Source of the DNA: Candidatus Sericytochromatia bacterium
GTDB lineage: Bacteria; Cyanobacteriota; Sericytochromatia; S15B-MN24; UBA4093
NCBI GenBank assembly: GCA_036676495.1
Contig: JAKFCT010000014.1
Coordinates: 32,001-96,000, forward strand
DNA length: 64,000 nucleotides
Direction of reading: 5' to 3'
Shown here: positions 48,398 through 57,699 of the stretch, in pieces
How the letters are laid out: the number at the start of each line of letters is the position of its first letter
Numbering within the stretch: position 1 is the first letter of the stretch
The notes under the pieces: generated by a model
Database searches by the model: none
The model's input: the letters and a program-made list of their open reading frames with translations, nothing else
What the model was told of the DNA's origin: nothing
Made by a program: the position numbers and the translations under genes

Positions 48398-49354
48398 ATG
48401 AGAGTACTTGCCATTTTCATCGCGAGCACGGTCCTTCTGGCCGGCTGCTCCAAACCCTCCGACTCATCGGCTAACCAGGCGGAAATCCGCCTGGGAGCCC
48501 AATTATTCACCGAAAAGCGGCTTTCCCGGGACGGGTCTCTGTCGTGCGCCAGCTGTCACGACCCGGCACGAGGCTTCACCGATGGCCAGCCGGTCGCGGT
48601 GGGCCTCAACGGCGCCAAGGGCACCCGAAACACCCCGACCCTCTACGGCGTCGCGCACATGTCCAAGTTCTTCTGGGATGGCCGAGCCAATACCCTGGAG
48701 GAGCAGGCCCTGGGACCGCTCACGAGCCCCATCGAGATGGCGGCTGACCCCGATGCGGTCATCGACTGGCTCTCCAAGGACGAGGGCTACCGCCAGCGCT
48801 TCGAAGACGTCTTCGGTGGGCCTCCGACCTTGGAGCGCCTGACCAAGGCGCTGGCCACCTTCCAGCGGGCCGTGAAACTGGAACCGAGCCCCTTCGACCG
48901 CTGGCGGAACGGGGAGACCGAGGCCATCTCCGAGGCCGCGAAGCGCGGCTACAAGACCTTCTCGCAGCAAGGAAAGTGCTCGGTTTGCCACCGTGGGACC
49001 GAGCTCACCGACGGTGAGTTCCATAACCTCGGCATGGCTTCCAACCCCGAGAAGCCGGACCTCGGGCGCTTTGCGGTCAGCCAGTTCGAGGCTCACCGTG
49101 CCGCTTTCAAGACTCCGACGCTCTACAACGTGGACCTCACGGCCCCGTACATGCACGACGGGTCCCTCGGGACGCTGGAAGAAGTGGTGGAGTTCTACGA
49201 CCAGGGCGGCGGTCCGGGTCCGGGCCGCTCGACGCTCATGCGCAAGCTGAATCTGACGGAGCAAGAGAAGGCCGACTTGGTGGAGTTCCTCAAGACCCTC
49301 ACGGCACCGGACAATTCCAAACAATTGTTCGAGTCGGCTTCGAGCGCTAACTAG
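48398..49354 (+). CDS. Di-heme cytochrome c peroxidase (CCP/MauG family) lipoprotein
   Basis: Lipobox LAGC, CASCH and CSVCH heme sites, RNTPT, FWDGRA..LEEQA, FKTPTL.N...TAPYMHDG. Confidence 0.93.
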   Translation: MRVLAIFIASTVLLAGCSKPSDSSANQAEIRLGAQLFTEKRLSRDGSLSCASCHDPARGFTDGQPVAVGLNGAKGTRNTPTLYGVAHMSKFFWDGRANTLEEQALGPLTSPIEMAADPDAVIDWLSKDEGYRQRFEDVFGGPPTLERLTKALATFQRAVKLEPSPFDRWRNGETEAISEAAKRGYKTFSQQGKCSVCHRGTELTDGEFHNLGMASNPEKPDLGRFAVSQFEAHRAAFKTPTLYNVDLTAPYMHDGSLGTLEEVVEFYDQGGGPGPGRSTLMRKLNLTEQEKADLVEFLKTLTAPDNSKQLFESASSAN

Positions 49355-49381
49355 GTATCCTAGTTAGCGCTCGAAGCCGAC
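49333..49381. repeat. 23-bp perfect inverted repeat spanning the peroxidase stop codon
   Basis: GTCGGCTTCGAGCGCTAACTAGG-tat-CCTAGTTAGCGCTCGAAGCCGAC. Confidence 0.9.
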
Positions 49382-49414
49382 AACCTTCTCCCTGATTACG
49401 CGAATAGGCATCCA

Positions 49415-49461
49415 AGTAAAACAATAACCAGGTTATATAATAACCTGGTTATTGTTTTACT
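49415..49461. repeat. 22-bp perfect AT-rich inverted repeat
   Basis: AGTAAAACAATAACCAGGTTAT-ata-ATAACCTGGTTATTGTTTTACT. Confidence 0.9.
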
Positions 49462-49556
49462 CGGCTTTTTAACGAGGTGTATTTTTAACAAGCCTAATGA
49501 TTAACTAGTTTAATTATTAATCAGGTTAATGATTAAGGGCGTTATCCAATCGTCGA

Positions 49557-49937
49557 TCATGGGGTGACCGGAACCCGGTCCTCGACCTCGATCTTCAAAG
49601 GACCGAACTCGTCGGTGCGAACCTTCACGGTGAGCGCATGCGTTCCCGGAGCCAAGATCTGCCCCCGGACGGTGACCGCGACGACCTCCCCCTTCTTGAA
49701 AGTCACCGGGGCGGCTTCCGACACCGAAAGCGCTTCCCGCGTAACGCCTTCCTGGGCGAAGGTGATGGCTTCCAGGGCGTAGGACGTCCCGTCGACCGAA
49801 ACCTCGAGGATCTCCACGATGGTCGCCGGCATCACGGGATTGGTGAGGCCGAACTGAAACGCATGCTCCGCGTTGGATAGGCTGCCTGCCTGGTAAAACT
49901 GCGTCAGCATGAACGCGGGTATCTGCATTCCGAACAT
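49557..49937 (-). CDS. Hypothetical small beta-sandwich protein (possibly DUF6379-like)
   Basis: IPAFML..FY..GSL.N...FQF.L.N....ATI....VSVDG...GTH.L pattern; AGGGGG RBS; family assignment is from memory only. Confidence 0.65.
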   Translation of the reverse strand: MFGMQIPAFMLTQFYQAGSLSNAEHAFQFGLTNPVMPATIVEILEVSVDGTSYALEAITFAQEGVTREALSVSEAAPVTFKKGEVVAVTVRGQILAPGTHALTVKVRTDEFGPLKIEVEDRVPVTP

Positions 49938-50107
49938 CCGAGCCCCCTAAAATCGCTAGCTTCCGGTCCTTCTCTCTTCTTACACCCCTTCGGGCATCGA
50001 GACAAGCCTTTGGTAATCCCTGGGCCAATGGGGTAGAATGAACCAAGGAAGCACGTTCACCCCTGGCGCATCCCCAGGCATCTGGCTCAAAGACAGAGGA
50101 CTCACCC

Positions 50108-51283
50108 ATGAGTGGGCTTTTCCGCTCGATACAACTTCCCGACGGTAGATTCATCGACCTGCGGCGGGCCGGCCCCGACGACTCGGATGCCATCTTCGCC
50201 CTTTACGACCAGGTCTATCAGGGGTCTTACACCCTCGATATCGTCAACAAGACCACCGATCGCCTCGCGGCGCTCAGCGACCCCAACTTCTACTGGCTGG
50301 TGGTCGATGACGGCAGCGCCATCGTCGGCTCGGTCATCCTCGAGATGGACACCGTTCAGCGCAACGGCAAGGTCTTCGCCGCCGTCATGCGCGACGACTT
50401 CCGCCGCTATGACGCCATGAGCCGTCTCATCGGCATGGGCATCCAGAAGCTCATGTACGACGACCGCATCTGCGACGTCATCTACGCGACCACCCGGACC
50501 GCGAGCATCGGCCCGCGCCAGCTGCTCAAGAAGCTGGGCTTCATCAGCCTGGGGATCTTCCCGAACGTCCACCGCCTGGCCGAGTACGAAACCCACGGCC
50601 TCAGCGCCCTCTTCCACCCGGATGCCTGGGAGAAGCGGCGGCGCCTCCCCAAGCTCATCCCCGAGGTCGAGGGGTTCTACCGCATCATCCGGCAGACCTT
50701 CCATCTCGAGCCCGCCGAGATCATGCCTGCCAAGCACCAGCCCAAGCTCAAGATGATCCGCGGGGACGCCGTGGAACAAGAACTGCTGCGCGAGCGCGAG
50801 GCCGGCGCGCTCTTGATGGACTTCTTCCCCTTTCACAAGGCCAACTTCCTCTTCTCCAACGAGGACCGCAGCGTCATGGCCTTCGTCAACTACGAGGGCA
50901 AGGACGGCTACGGCACGCTCGTGGCGCTGAAGGCCCCCATCGAGGACCTGCGCGGCGTGCTCGAGGCCAGCTTCGACATGGGGCAGCGCCTCGGCATCGT
51001 CTACCTGGAGATCCTGGTCGACGCGTACAAGCCCCGCATGCAACGGGCGGCGCTCGCGGCCCAGTTCCTGCCATGCGCCTACTTCCCGAGCATGCAGCAA
51101 ACTGACGACGACCGGAAGGACTACCTGGTCTTCGCCCGTTCCACGCTGCCCCTCAACTTCTCCAACGTGCAGATGACGCCCCGAGACCGCGAGTTCCTCG
51201 ACCACTACCTCCAGAACACCGAGTTCCGGAACCTGGTCGTCAAGATGCACTTCACGGGGCCCCTCGACGAGGGTCGCCTGTGA
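50108..51283 (+). CDS. GNAT-fold acyltransferase-like protein with an extended C-terminal domain
   Basis: LRRAGPDD...I..LY..VY, WLVV....IVGS, V...FRR, LKKLGF..LG; GAGGA RBS; first gene of the operon. Confidence 0.65.
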   Translation: MSGLFRSIQLPDGRFIDLRRAGPDDSDAIFALYDQVYQGSYTLDIVNKTTDRLAALSDPNFYWLVVDDGSAIVGSVILEMDTVQRNGKVFAAVMRDDFRRYDAMSRLIGMGIQKLMYDDRICDVIYATTRTASIGPRQLLKKLGFISLGIFPNVHRLAEYETHGLSALFHPDAWEKRRRLPKLIPEVEGFYRIIRQTFHLEPAEIMPAKHQPKLKMIRGDAVEQELLREREAGALLMDFFPFHKANFLFSNEDRSVMAFVNYEGKDGYGTLVALKAPIEDLRGVLEASFDMGQRLGIVYLEILVDAYKPRMQRAALAAQFLPCAYFPSMQQTDDDRKDYLVFARSTLPLNFSNVQMTPRDREFLDHYLQNTEFRNLVVKMHFTGPLDEGRL

Positions 51284-52605
51284 TCGGGGCGTTCAACGCA
51301 GCCTCCATGGAGCGGCTCGCCTGGCCCGAGATCGAGACCCTCGCCCGGATCAAGCTGCGCACGCTGCTCGAGCTGGCGCGTTCGCGTTCCCCCTTCTACC
51401 GGGAGCGTCTCGCCGGCTTCCCGCTGCATGACCCCGAGGTCCTGCCCACCCTTCCGATCCTCAACAAGGAAGATCTCGTCGCCAACAGCCCGCCCGAGAG
51501 CGAAGCCATGCTCACCGGGCCGCTGGCGTCGGCCTACCTCTTCCGCAGCGGGGGCACGACCGGAGCCCCGAAGTTCTCGCCCTTTTCGGTCAGCGAGTTC
51601 AAGCACTGGGTCGATATCTTCAAGCGAACCTACGGCGCTGCCGGCCTGACGCCTCAGGACCGGGTCGCCAATCTCTTCGTCAGCGGCAGCCTTTACGCCT
51701 CGTTCATCTTCATCAACCGCATGGTCGAGGAGATGGGCTGCCTGAACCTTCCTTTCACCTCCTCGGCCGCTCCCGACACGGTCAGCGCCCAGATCGAGCG
51801 CTTCGACATCAACGTCATGATGGGCATTCCCTCCTGGCTGCTCGAGGTCGTCGCGGCCCTCACCCCGGCGGCCGCCGCGAAGGTCACCAAGATCTTCTAC
51901 GGAGGAGAGAACCTCTACCCCGAGGAGCGCGAATGGCTCCAATCGCACCTTCCAAATCTTAGAACTATCGCCTCGGGAGGCTACGCGTCCGTGGACGCCG
52001 GGATGATGGCGTTCCAATGCGGGGCCTCGCCCGGCGGCGTTCACCATGTCCACGCCGACCACGTGATCCTGGAGATCATCGATCCCGAGACCTGGATGGC
52101 GGTCGCTCCCGGTGAAGTCGGCCTGCTGCTGGTCACCACGCTCGACCGCCACTTGATGCCCCTGATCCGCTACCGCACGGGCGACGTCGGTCGCTGGGTG
52201 CCCGGTGACTGTCCCTGCGGCCGGCAGATGCCGCGCTTCGAACTGCTCGGGCGCGGCGACGACAGCCTGAGAATCGGCATCGCCACCGTCGGCATCGAGG
52301 AGATCCTGCCACCGATCGCCCAGACCCCCGGCCTCTCCACCCATGCGCAGATCGTCAAGGATCGCATCGAACGCAAGGACCAGCTCACCGTTCGGGTGGA
52401 GCGCCTTCCCGACGCGTCCGAGAGCCGCGAGGCGCTCGAAGCGAGCCTGGCCGAGCAGATCCGCCTCCAGAAGCCCGACCTCGCGAAGTTGGAGGCCACC
52501 GGTTACGTCATGCCCGTGCGCGTCGAGGTCCTGGACCCCAACGGCATCGGACGGGTCGCGGTCACCGGCAAGATCCGCCGCGTGGTCGACCGGTCTCGGG
52601 AATAG
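51280..52605 (+). CDS. PaaK-like (phenylacetate-CoA ligase family) adenylate-forming enzyme
   Basis: SPFYRE, RSGGTTGAPK, GYASVDAG, IRYRTGD, CPCGR, LLGRGDD, TGKIRRVVD. Confidence 0.88.
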   Translation: MIGAFNAASMERLAWPEIETLARIKLRTLLELARSRSPFYRERLAGFPLHDPEVLPTLPILNKEDLVANSPPESEAMLTGPLASAYLFRSGGTTGAPKFSPFSVSEFKHWVDIFKRTYGAAGLTPQDRVANLFVSGSLYASFIFINRMVEEMGCLNLPFTSSAAPDTVSAQIERFDINVMMGIPSWLLEVVAALTPAAAAKVTKIFYGGENLYPEEREWLQSHLPNLRTIASGGYASVDAGMMAFQCGASPGGVHHVHADHVILEIIDPETWMAVAPGEVGLLLVTTLDRHLMPLIRYRTGDVGRWVPGDCPCGRQMPRFELLGRGDDSLRIGIATVGIEEILPPIAQTPGLSTHAQIVKDRIERKDQLTVRVERLPDASESREALEASLAEQIRLQKPDLAKLEATGYVMPVRVEVLDPNGIGRVAVTGKIRRVVDRSRE

Positions 52606-52609
52606 CCAC

Positions 52610-53728
52610 ATGACTGCCATCGAACGCCTGGTTGAAATCGACACGCTCTTCGACCTGACGCCCGAGCACGACACATGCTTCGTCGAGGCCATGCGCGAAG
52701 CCAGCGCCTGGCATGTCGCGCAATCGCAGGTCTTTCGCCACCTTTCCCGCAAGCAAGGCTTCACGCCCGAGGGCCTGCGCGACATTGCGGACGTGGCCCA
52801 GGTGCCGCATGTCTTCGTGAATGCCTTCAAGCAGTACGAGATCCTCTCCGTCCCGCGCGAGGAGGTCGTCCTGACCCTGACCTCCTCGGGAACCACCGGC
52901 CAGCGCAGCCAGATCATGTTCGACCAACCCTCCCTGGATCGCGGCTTGAGGATGGTCGACCGGGTCTTCGAGGCCATGGGCCTGAAACACCCCGAGCAGG
53001 TCGTGAACTACATCCTCTTCGCCTACGACCCCGAGGAGGCCAAGCAGGTCGGCACCTCGTACACCGACGACAACTTGACCAACCTGACCCGCAAGGGCAA
53101 GGTCTACCACGCGCTGCGCTGGAACGCCGAGACCAAGGCGTTCGAGTTTCGCCCCGCCGAGTGCTACGCCAAACTGCTCGAATACGCCTCAGACGGCTTG
53201 CCCGTTCGCCTGCTCGGTTTTCCCGCCTTCCTGCATCGCCTGGTCCAGTACCACCAGGAATCCGGAGCGCCCGCCCTCGACCTGGGCCCCGAGTCCTACG
53301 TCCTCACCGGGGGCGGCTGGAAGACCTCGGAACATGCGGCCATCGACAAGGATCGCTTCATCGCGGAGGTCTCCGCGACCCTCGGCATTCCCCCCGGCAA
53401 CCTGCGCGACGGGTACGGCCTGGTCGAGCACGGCATCGCGTACATCGAGTGCGAGCACCATCGCTTCCATGTTCCGGCTTTCGCGCGGGCCTTTGCCCGG
53501 GACGTCGGGACCCTCGAGATCCTTCCCGACGGCGAGGTGGGCTTTCTCCAGCTCGTGACCCCGTACATGCGCTCGATGCCGACCATCTCCCTGCTCACCA
53601 GTGACCTGGCGCAGGTGGGAAGGGATTGTCCTTGTGGCCGTAAGTCCGGGACCATCGTCCTCCAGGGGCGTGCGGGCACCCGCAAGAACAAAGGATGCGC
53701 CATCACGGCGGCTCAGCTCTTGAAGTAG
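52610..53728 (+). CDS. LuxE-family acyl-protein synthetase
   Basis: TSSGTTGQRS, GFPAF, TGGGWK, RDGYGLVEH, LLTSDL, and C-terminal GRAG....KGCA carrying the acylated Cys typical of LuxE. Confidence 0.88.
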   Translation: MTAIERLVEIDTLFDLTPEHDTCFVEAMREASAWHVAQSQVFRHLSRKQGFTPEGLRDIADVAQVPHVFVNAFKQYEILSVPREEVVLTLTSSGTTGQRSQIMFDQPSLDRGLRMVDRVFEAMGLKHPEQVVNYILFAYDPEEAKQVGTSYTDDNLTNLTRKGKVYHALRWNAETKAFEFRPAECYAKLLEYASDGLPVRLLGFPAFLHRLVQYHQESGAPALDLGPESYVLTGGGWKTSEHAAIDKDRFIAEVSATLGIPPGNLRDGYGLVEHGIAYIECEHHRFHVPAFARAFARDVGTLEILPDGEVGFLQLVTPYMRSMPTISLLTSDLAQVGRDCPCGRKSGTIVLQGRAGTRKNKGCAITAAQLLK

Positions 53729-53738
53729 GAGAAGACGG

Positions 53739-56390
53739 ATGCACTACCTCTTCGGCCGCCCTTTCAAAGGCCTCATCGACGATGCCAAAGCCCAGGACGT
53801 GCTCCGAGAGGCGCAGTCGCGCCGGGCCGCCTTCCGTCAGGTCCCCCTGGAGACGATCCTGGGGGTGCTGGAGCGGGTCGGAAAGCGCTTCAGCGATCCG
53901 TCCGATCCGGTCACCCGCAAGGTGCTCGCGGAGGCCCCGGCTCAGATTGGTTTCAGCCGGCCCATGGTCGAGGAAGAGCTCAAGGGAGTGGCGCTCGCCC
54001 TGAGTCGCCCCTACCTCGAGCCGAAGATCGCCAAGGAGCTGGGATCCCTCGACGCGCTGGACGACTGGACCGGAGGGTACGGGAAGCCGTTCACGCGGGC
54101 CCTTCCGCGCGGAGTGGTCCTTCACGTCTCGAGCGGAAACGTCCTCAGCGCCGGGGCGTTGAGCATGGTCGAGGGCCTGCTCACCAAGAACGTCAACCTC
54201 CTGAAGGCCGCGAGCCGCGCCACCCTCTTTCCCCTGGCCTTCGCCGAGACCGTTCGCGAGGTCGACGAGGACGGCCATGTCGCGGAGTCCTTCGCCGTCC
54301 TCTCCTGGCCGGGCTCAGGTAGCCAGGTTCACCGCGTCTTCCAGGAGGGCTGCGATGCCATCGTGGTCTGGGGCGGCGAGGACGTCGTGAAAACTTACCG
54401 GGAAGGCCTCGGCCTCAAGTGCAAGCTCATCGAATACGGGCCGAAGGTCAGTTTCGGGGCGATCGCCCACGACGTCCTCGACGACCCCGACATCGCCCGT
54501 GAAGCGGCCATGGCGCTGGCCCTCTGGGATCAGAGCGCATGCTCCAGCCCGCAGGTCCTCTACGTCGAAGACGCGACTCCCGACCATGCCCCCACGCTCG
54601 CCTTCGTCGACCGCCTCGCGGACGCGTTGCGCGAGGTCGAAGCCTCCCTTCCCCAGGGCCCCCTGGGCTTCCAGGAGCGCGCCGAGCTGACCAAGGAACG
54701 TCAGGTGGCCGAGGTCACCGAGGCCATGGGCCAGGGTTTGCTCCGCAAGCCCGGCACGGCTCCCGACTGGACCCTCGTCGCGGAATGGGATCCCTCCTTC
54801 AAGCTCTCACCGCTGTTTCGCACGCTCTACATCAAGCCGGTCGCCAGCCTCTCCGAGCTTCCCGCGCTGGTCGCGCCTTACACGGATTACCTGCAAACCG
54901 CCGGGATCGCGGCAAAGCCCGAACGGGTCCGGGACCTGGCCGAGCAGCTCTTCGACACGGGCATGCTGAGGGTCACCACGCTCGCGGGCATGTCGGGCGG
55001 CGAGCCCGGCGAGCCGCATGACGGAGGCTACGCCCTGCATGCCCTGGTCAAGTGGGTGACCATGGGCTTCAAGGGGGAGGGCGATCGCTACGACGCCGCC
55101 GAGTGGCACAGCTCCGAGGCGGCCCAGCGCCAGACCTTCGCCAAGCTCAAGCGCCTGGTGGAGGATGTCGCTCCGCAAGCTCCCCTCTACCGGGAACGCT
55201 ATGCGGGGCTGAAAATCCGGACCTTGGACGACTGGTCTCGGGTGCCCGTCCTCAGCAAGGAGGATCTCCGCGCGGGTACTCCGCCTCGGAGCGAGGCCCT
55301 CTTCACGGGAGCGCCGCATGGGGCGCATTTCCTGAGGAGCGGGGGCTCGACGGGTGAGCCTGCCCTCTCGGCGTTCGCCTATCCCGACTACGAAGCCGAC
55401 ATGCTGCGGGCCGCACGGGGGCTCTTCGCCCTTGGCCTGAGGCCCGGCGATCGCGTCGCCAACCTCTTCATGGCCGGACACCTCTACGGATCCTTCCTCT
55501 CCATCAACCGCGGGCTGGAGCTGGTCGGCTGCAACAATTTCCCCTTCACCAGCGCCACTCCCGCCAAGGAGCTGCCTGCGCTCTTGCGGGCTTACGGCAT
55601 CGAGGTCCTCGCGGGCCTGCCGTCCTGGCTGATGGAGGTCTTCGAGGCCATCCGCCAGGACCCCGAAGGAGTTCGGATCCGCAAGGTCTTCTACACCGGC
55701 GAGCACTTCTACCCGCAGGATCGCGAGCGTCTGGCCCACGAGTTCGGGATCACGCAGTTCGGAAGCCTGGGCTACGGCACGGTCGACGCCGGCCCCATCG
55801 CTTACCAGTGCCAGGAGAGCCGCGGGGGAGTGCATCACCTTCACGACGACCACCAGTTCATCGAGATCGTGGACTCGGAGACGCTGATGCCGGTTCCGGC
55901 CGGAGAGCCGGGCGAATTGCTCATCACCAACCTCAACCGCCGCCTGATGCCGGTCGTGCGCTACCGGATTGGCGATCGCGCCCGCTGGATCCCCGAGCCC
56001 TGCCCCTGCGGCCGGCCGGCTCCACGCTTCGAGCTGCTGGGACGCTGCGACGACATGATGGTGGTGGGCGGCATCAACCTCACCTACGCCGAGTTGCACG
56101 AGGCGGCCATGAGCCTCGACGGCGTGCAAGGCCCCTTGCAACTCGTGATCTCGCGGCATGAGCACCGCGATCGCCTCACCCTGCGCATCGAAGCCAGCGA
56201 GCAAGGTCTGGGCGACATCCTCGCCGCGGGCGTCGTCGCCCGGGTCGACCTGCTGCGTCAGGTCATCGACAAGGGCCAGATGAGTCCGCTTGTCGTCGAC
56301 GTCCTGCCCCCCGGTGGGATCGAACGCATCCCCCGGACCGGCAAAATCCGCAAGGTGATCGACCGGAGAAACGATGAGCCCGTCAATTAG
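53739..56390 (+). CDS. Fusion: LuxC-family acyl-CoA reductase + PaaK-like adenylating domain
   Basis: N-half: PRGVVLHVSSGNV, VWGG, YGPKVSF, WDQSACSSPQ (catalytic Cys), HDG. C-half: RSGGSTGEP, GYGTVDAG, RYRIGD, TGKIRKVID. Confidence 0.88.
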   Translation: MHYLFGRPFKGLIDDAKAQDVLREAQSRRAAFRQVPLETILGVLERVGKRFSDPSDPVTRKVLAEAPAQIGFSRPMVEEELKGVALALSRPYLEPKIAKELGSLDALDDWTGGYGKPFTRALPRGVVLHVSSGNVLSAGALSMVEGLLTKNVNLLKAASRATLFPLAFAETVREVDEDGHVAESFAVLSWPGSGSQVHRVFQEGCDAIVVWGGEDVVKTYREGLGLKCKLIEYGPKVSFGAIAHDVLDDPDIAREAAMALALWDQSACSSPQVLYVEDATPDHAPTLAFVDRLADALREVEASLPQGPLGFQERAELTKERQVAEVTEAMGQGLLRKPGTAPDWTLVAEWDPSFKLSPLFRTLYIKPVASLSELPALVAPYTDYLQTAGIAAKPERVRDLAEQLFDTGMLRVTTLAGMSGGEPGEPHDGGYALHALVKWVTMGFKGEGDRYDAAEWHSSEAAQRQTFAKLKRLVEDVAPQAPLYRERYAGLKIRTLDDWSRVPVLSKEDLRAGTPPRSEALFTGAPHGAHFLRSGGSTGEPALSAFAYPDYEADMLRAARGLFALGLRPGDRVANLFMAGHLYGSFLSINRGLELVGCNNFPFTSATPAKELPALLRAYGIEVLAGLPSWLMEVFEAIRQDPEGVRIRKVFYTGEHFYPQDRERLAHEFGITQFGSLGYGTVDAGPIAYQCQESRGGVHHLHDDHQFIEIVDSETLMPVPAGEPGELLITNLNRRLMPVVRYRIGDRARWIPEPCPCGRPAPRFELLGRCDDMMVVGGINLTYAELHEAAMSLDGVQGPLQLVISRHEHRDRLTLRIEASEQGLGDILAAGVVARVDLLRQVIDKGQMSPLVVDVLPPGGIERIPRTGKIRKVIDRRNDEPVN

Positions 56391-57699
56391 GCCGGAAGGC
56401 CGTTCCGAGCGGCTCTCCGGCGTCGAGGACGGGATGGGTAGCGCGCTTCACGCCGAAACCCAGGTCCGCCGTCACCCTCCCCTGCTTCGCAACCGCGACT
56501 TCCTCCTGCTCTGGTCCGGGCAGGGCGTCTCGCAGATTGGCGCCAAGGTCCTGCAAATCGGCCTGGTCTGGTGGGCTTTGGAGCGAGGTGGCAGCCTCGC
56601 GGCGGTCAGCGGAGCGCTGGTGGCGACCTCGCTGCCCTTCGTAGTCGTCGGCCTCTTCGCGGGGGTCCTCGCGGACAAGTGGAATCGCCGCGGCCTGATG
56701 GTCGCTTGCGAGGCTGGAAACGCCGTGATCGTCTTGGCACTGGCGGCCTTGGCATGGAGCGATCTGCTCACGCTGCCCATCCTGATGGTCGGAACCGCGC
56801 TGGTCTCGACTCTGGCTGCCGTCTTCAGCCCCGCGGCGATGGCGTCGATTCCCGATCTGGTAGACGAGCCCGATCTCATTCGCGCCAATTCGCTTCAAGA
56901 GATGACCGCCCAGGGGGCCTTGGTCTTTGGTCCGGCGCTGGGGGGAGCGATGCTCGCGATGATGGGGGCGCCCGCCGCCTTTCTCACGACCGCGTCGACC
57001 TACGCGATCAGCGCCGTCTGCATGCTGGCGCTGCGCCTGAAGCGCCGCGAGGTGCCCGCGGATCCCGGTTCGGAGGGCGCCCATCCCGTGAAGGAACTGC
57101 TGGGCGGGTTCGCCGTCCTCAAGGAGAATCCGGCGATCGCGACCCTGCTCGGCCTCTTTGCCGTGGCGAATTTCCTCCTGGTGCCGGTCACCGTCTTCCT
57201 TCCCTACTATGCCAAGGACGTCTTCGCCGTCGGAGCGGGGGGACTCGGCATGCTGGAGGGAAGCATCGGGGTGGGAATGATCGTCGGAGCACTGGCGCTG
57301 ATGCGCGCAGGCTCGGTGTCCAAGCGGCGGCTGGCCATCCAGTGCGGCCTGGTCATTCCGGGCATGGCCCTCGCCTACATGGGGATCTGGCCGAGCTACG
57401 GAGGTTTCCTGGGAGCGCTCCTGGTTCTGGGCATCGCGCTATCGGTGATGAACGTCGTCTCGATGACGTTCTTCCAGGAGAACGTGCCGCCCGAGCGGTT
57501 GGGGCGTTTCATGGGCCTGCTCATGACGCTCATCATGGCCTTGATGCCGCTTTCTTACGGGGCGGCCGGCCTGGCGACGCTGGGCGTGCCGGCAGGCAGC
57601 ATCATGACCGGGGGGGGAATCGCGCTGGTGATCCTGGGGCTGCTTTTGCCGCTCTTTCGATCGCTGAGGCCGCTGGAGGGGGGAGGAATCGATGGATAA
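56374..57699 (+). CDS. MFS transporter (DHA3/macrolide-efflux-like exporter)
   Basis: RNRDFLLLWSGQGVS, AGVLADKWNRR (motif A), GPALGG, about 12 TMs; alternative start 56434. Confidence 0.9.
   Translation: MSPSIRPEGRSERLSGVEDGMGSALHAETQVRRHPPLLRNRDFLLLWSGQGVSQIGAKVLQIGLVWWALERGGSLAAVSGALVATSLPFVVVGLFAGVLADKWNRRGLMVACEAGNAVIVLALAALAWSDLLTLPILMVGTALVSTLAAVFSPAAMASIPDLVDEPDLIRANSLQEMTAQGALVFGPALGGAMLAMMGAPAAFLTTASTYAISAVCMLALRLKRREVPADPGSEGAHPVKELLGGFAVLKENPAIATLLGLFAVANFLLVPVTVFLPYYAKDVFAVGAGGLGMLEGSIGVGMIVGALALMRAGSVSKRRLAIQCGLVIPGMALAYMGIWPSYGGFLGALLVLGIALSVMNVVSMTFFQENVPPERLGRFMGLLMTLIMALMPLSYGAAGLATLGVPAGSIMTGGGIALVILGLLLPLFRSLRPLEGGGIDG

Noticed and set aside
49415-49461. dif site or protelomerase target
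   Set aside because: Does not match the XerC/XerD 11-6-11 consensus, and no recombinase or protelomerase gene is nearby; kept only as an unexplained palindrome.
52610-56390. Bioluminescence (lux) operon
   Set aside because: No luxA, luxB, luxD or luxG in the window; the accompanying genes point to a different pathway.
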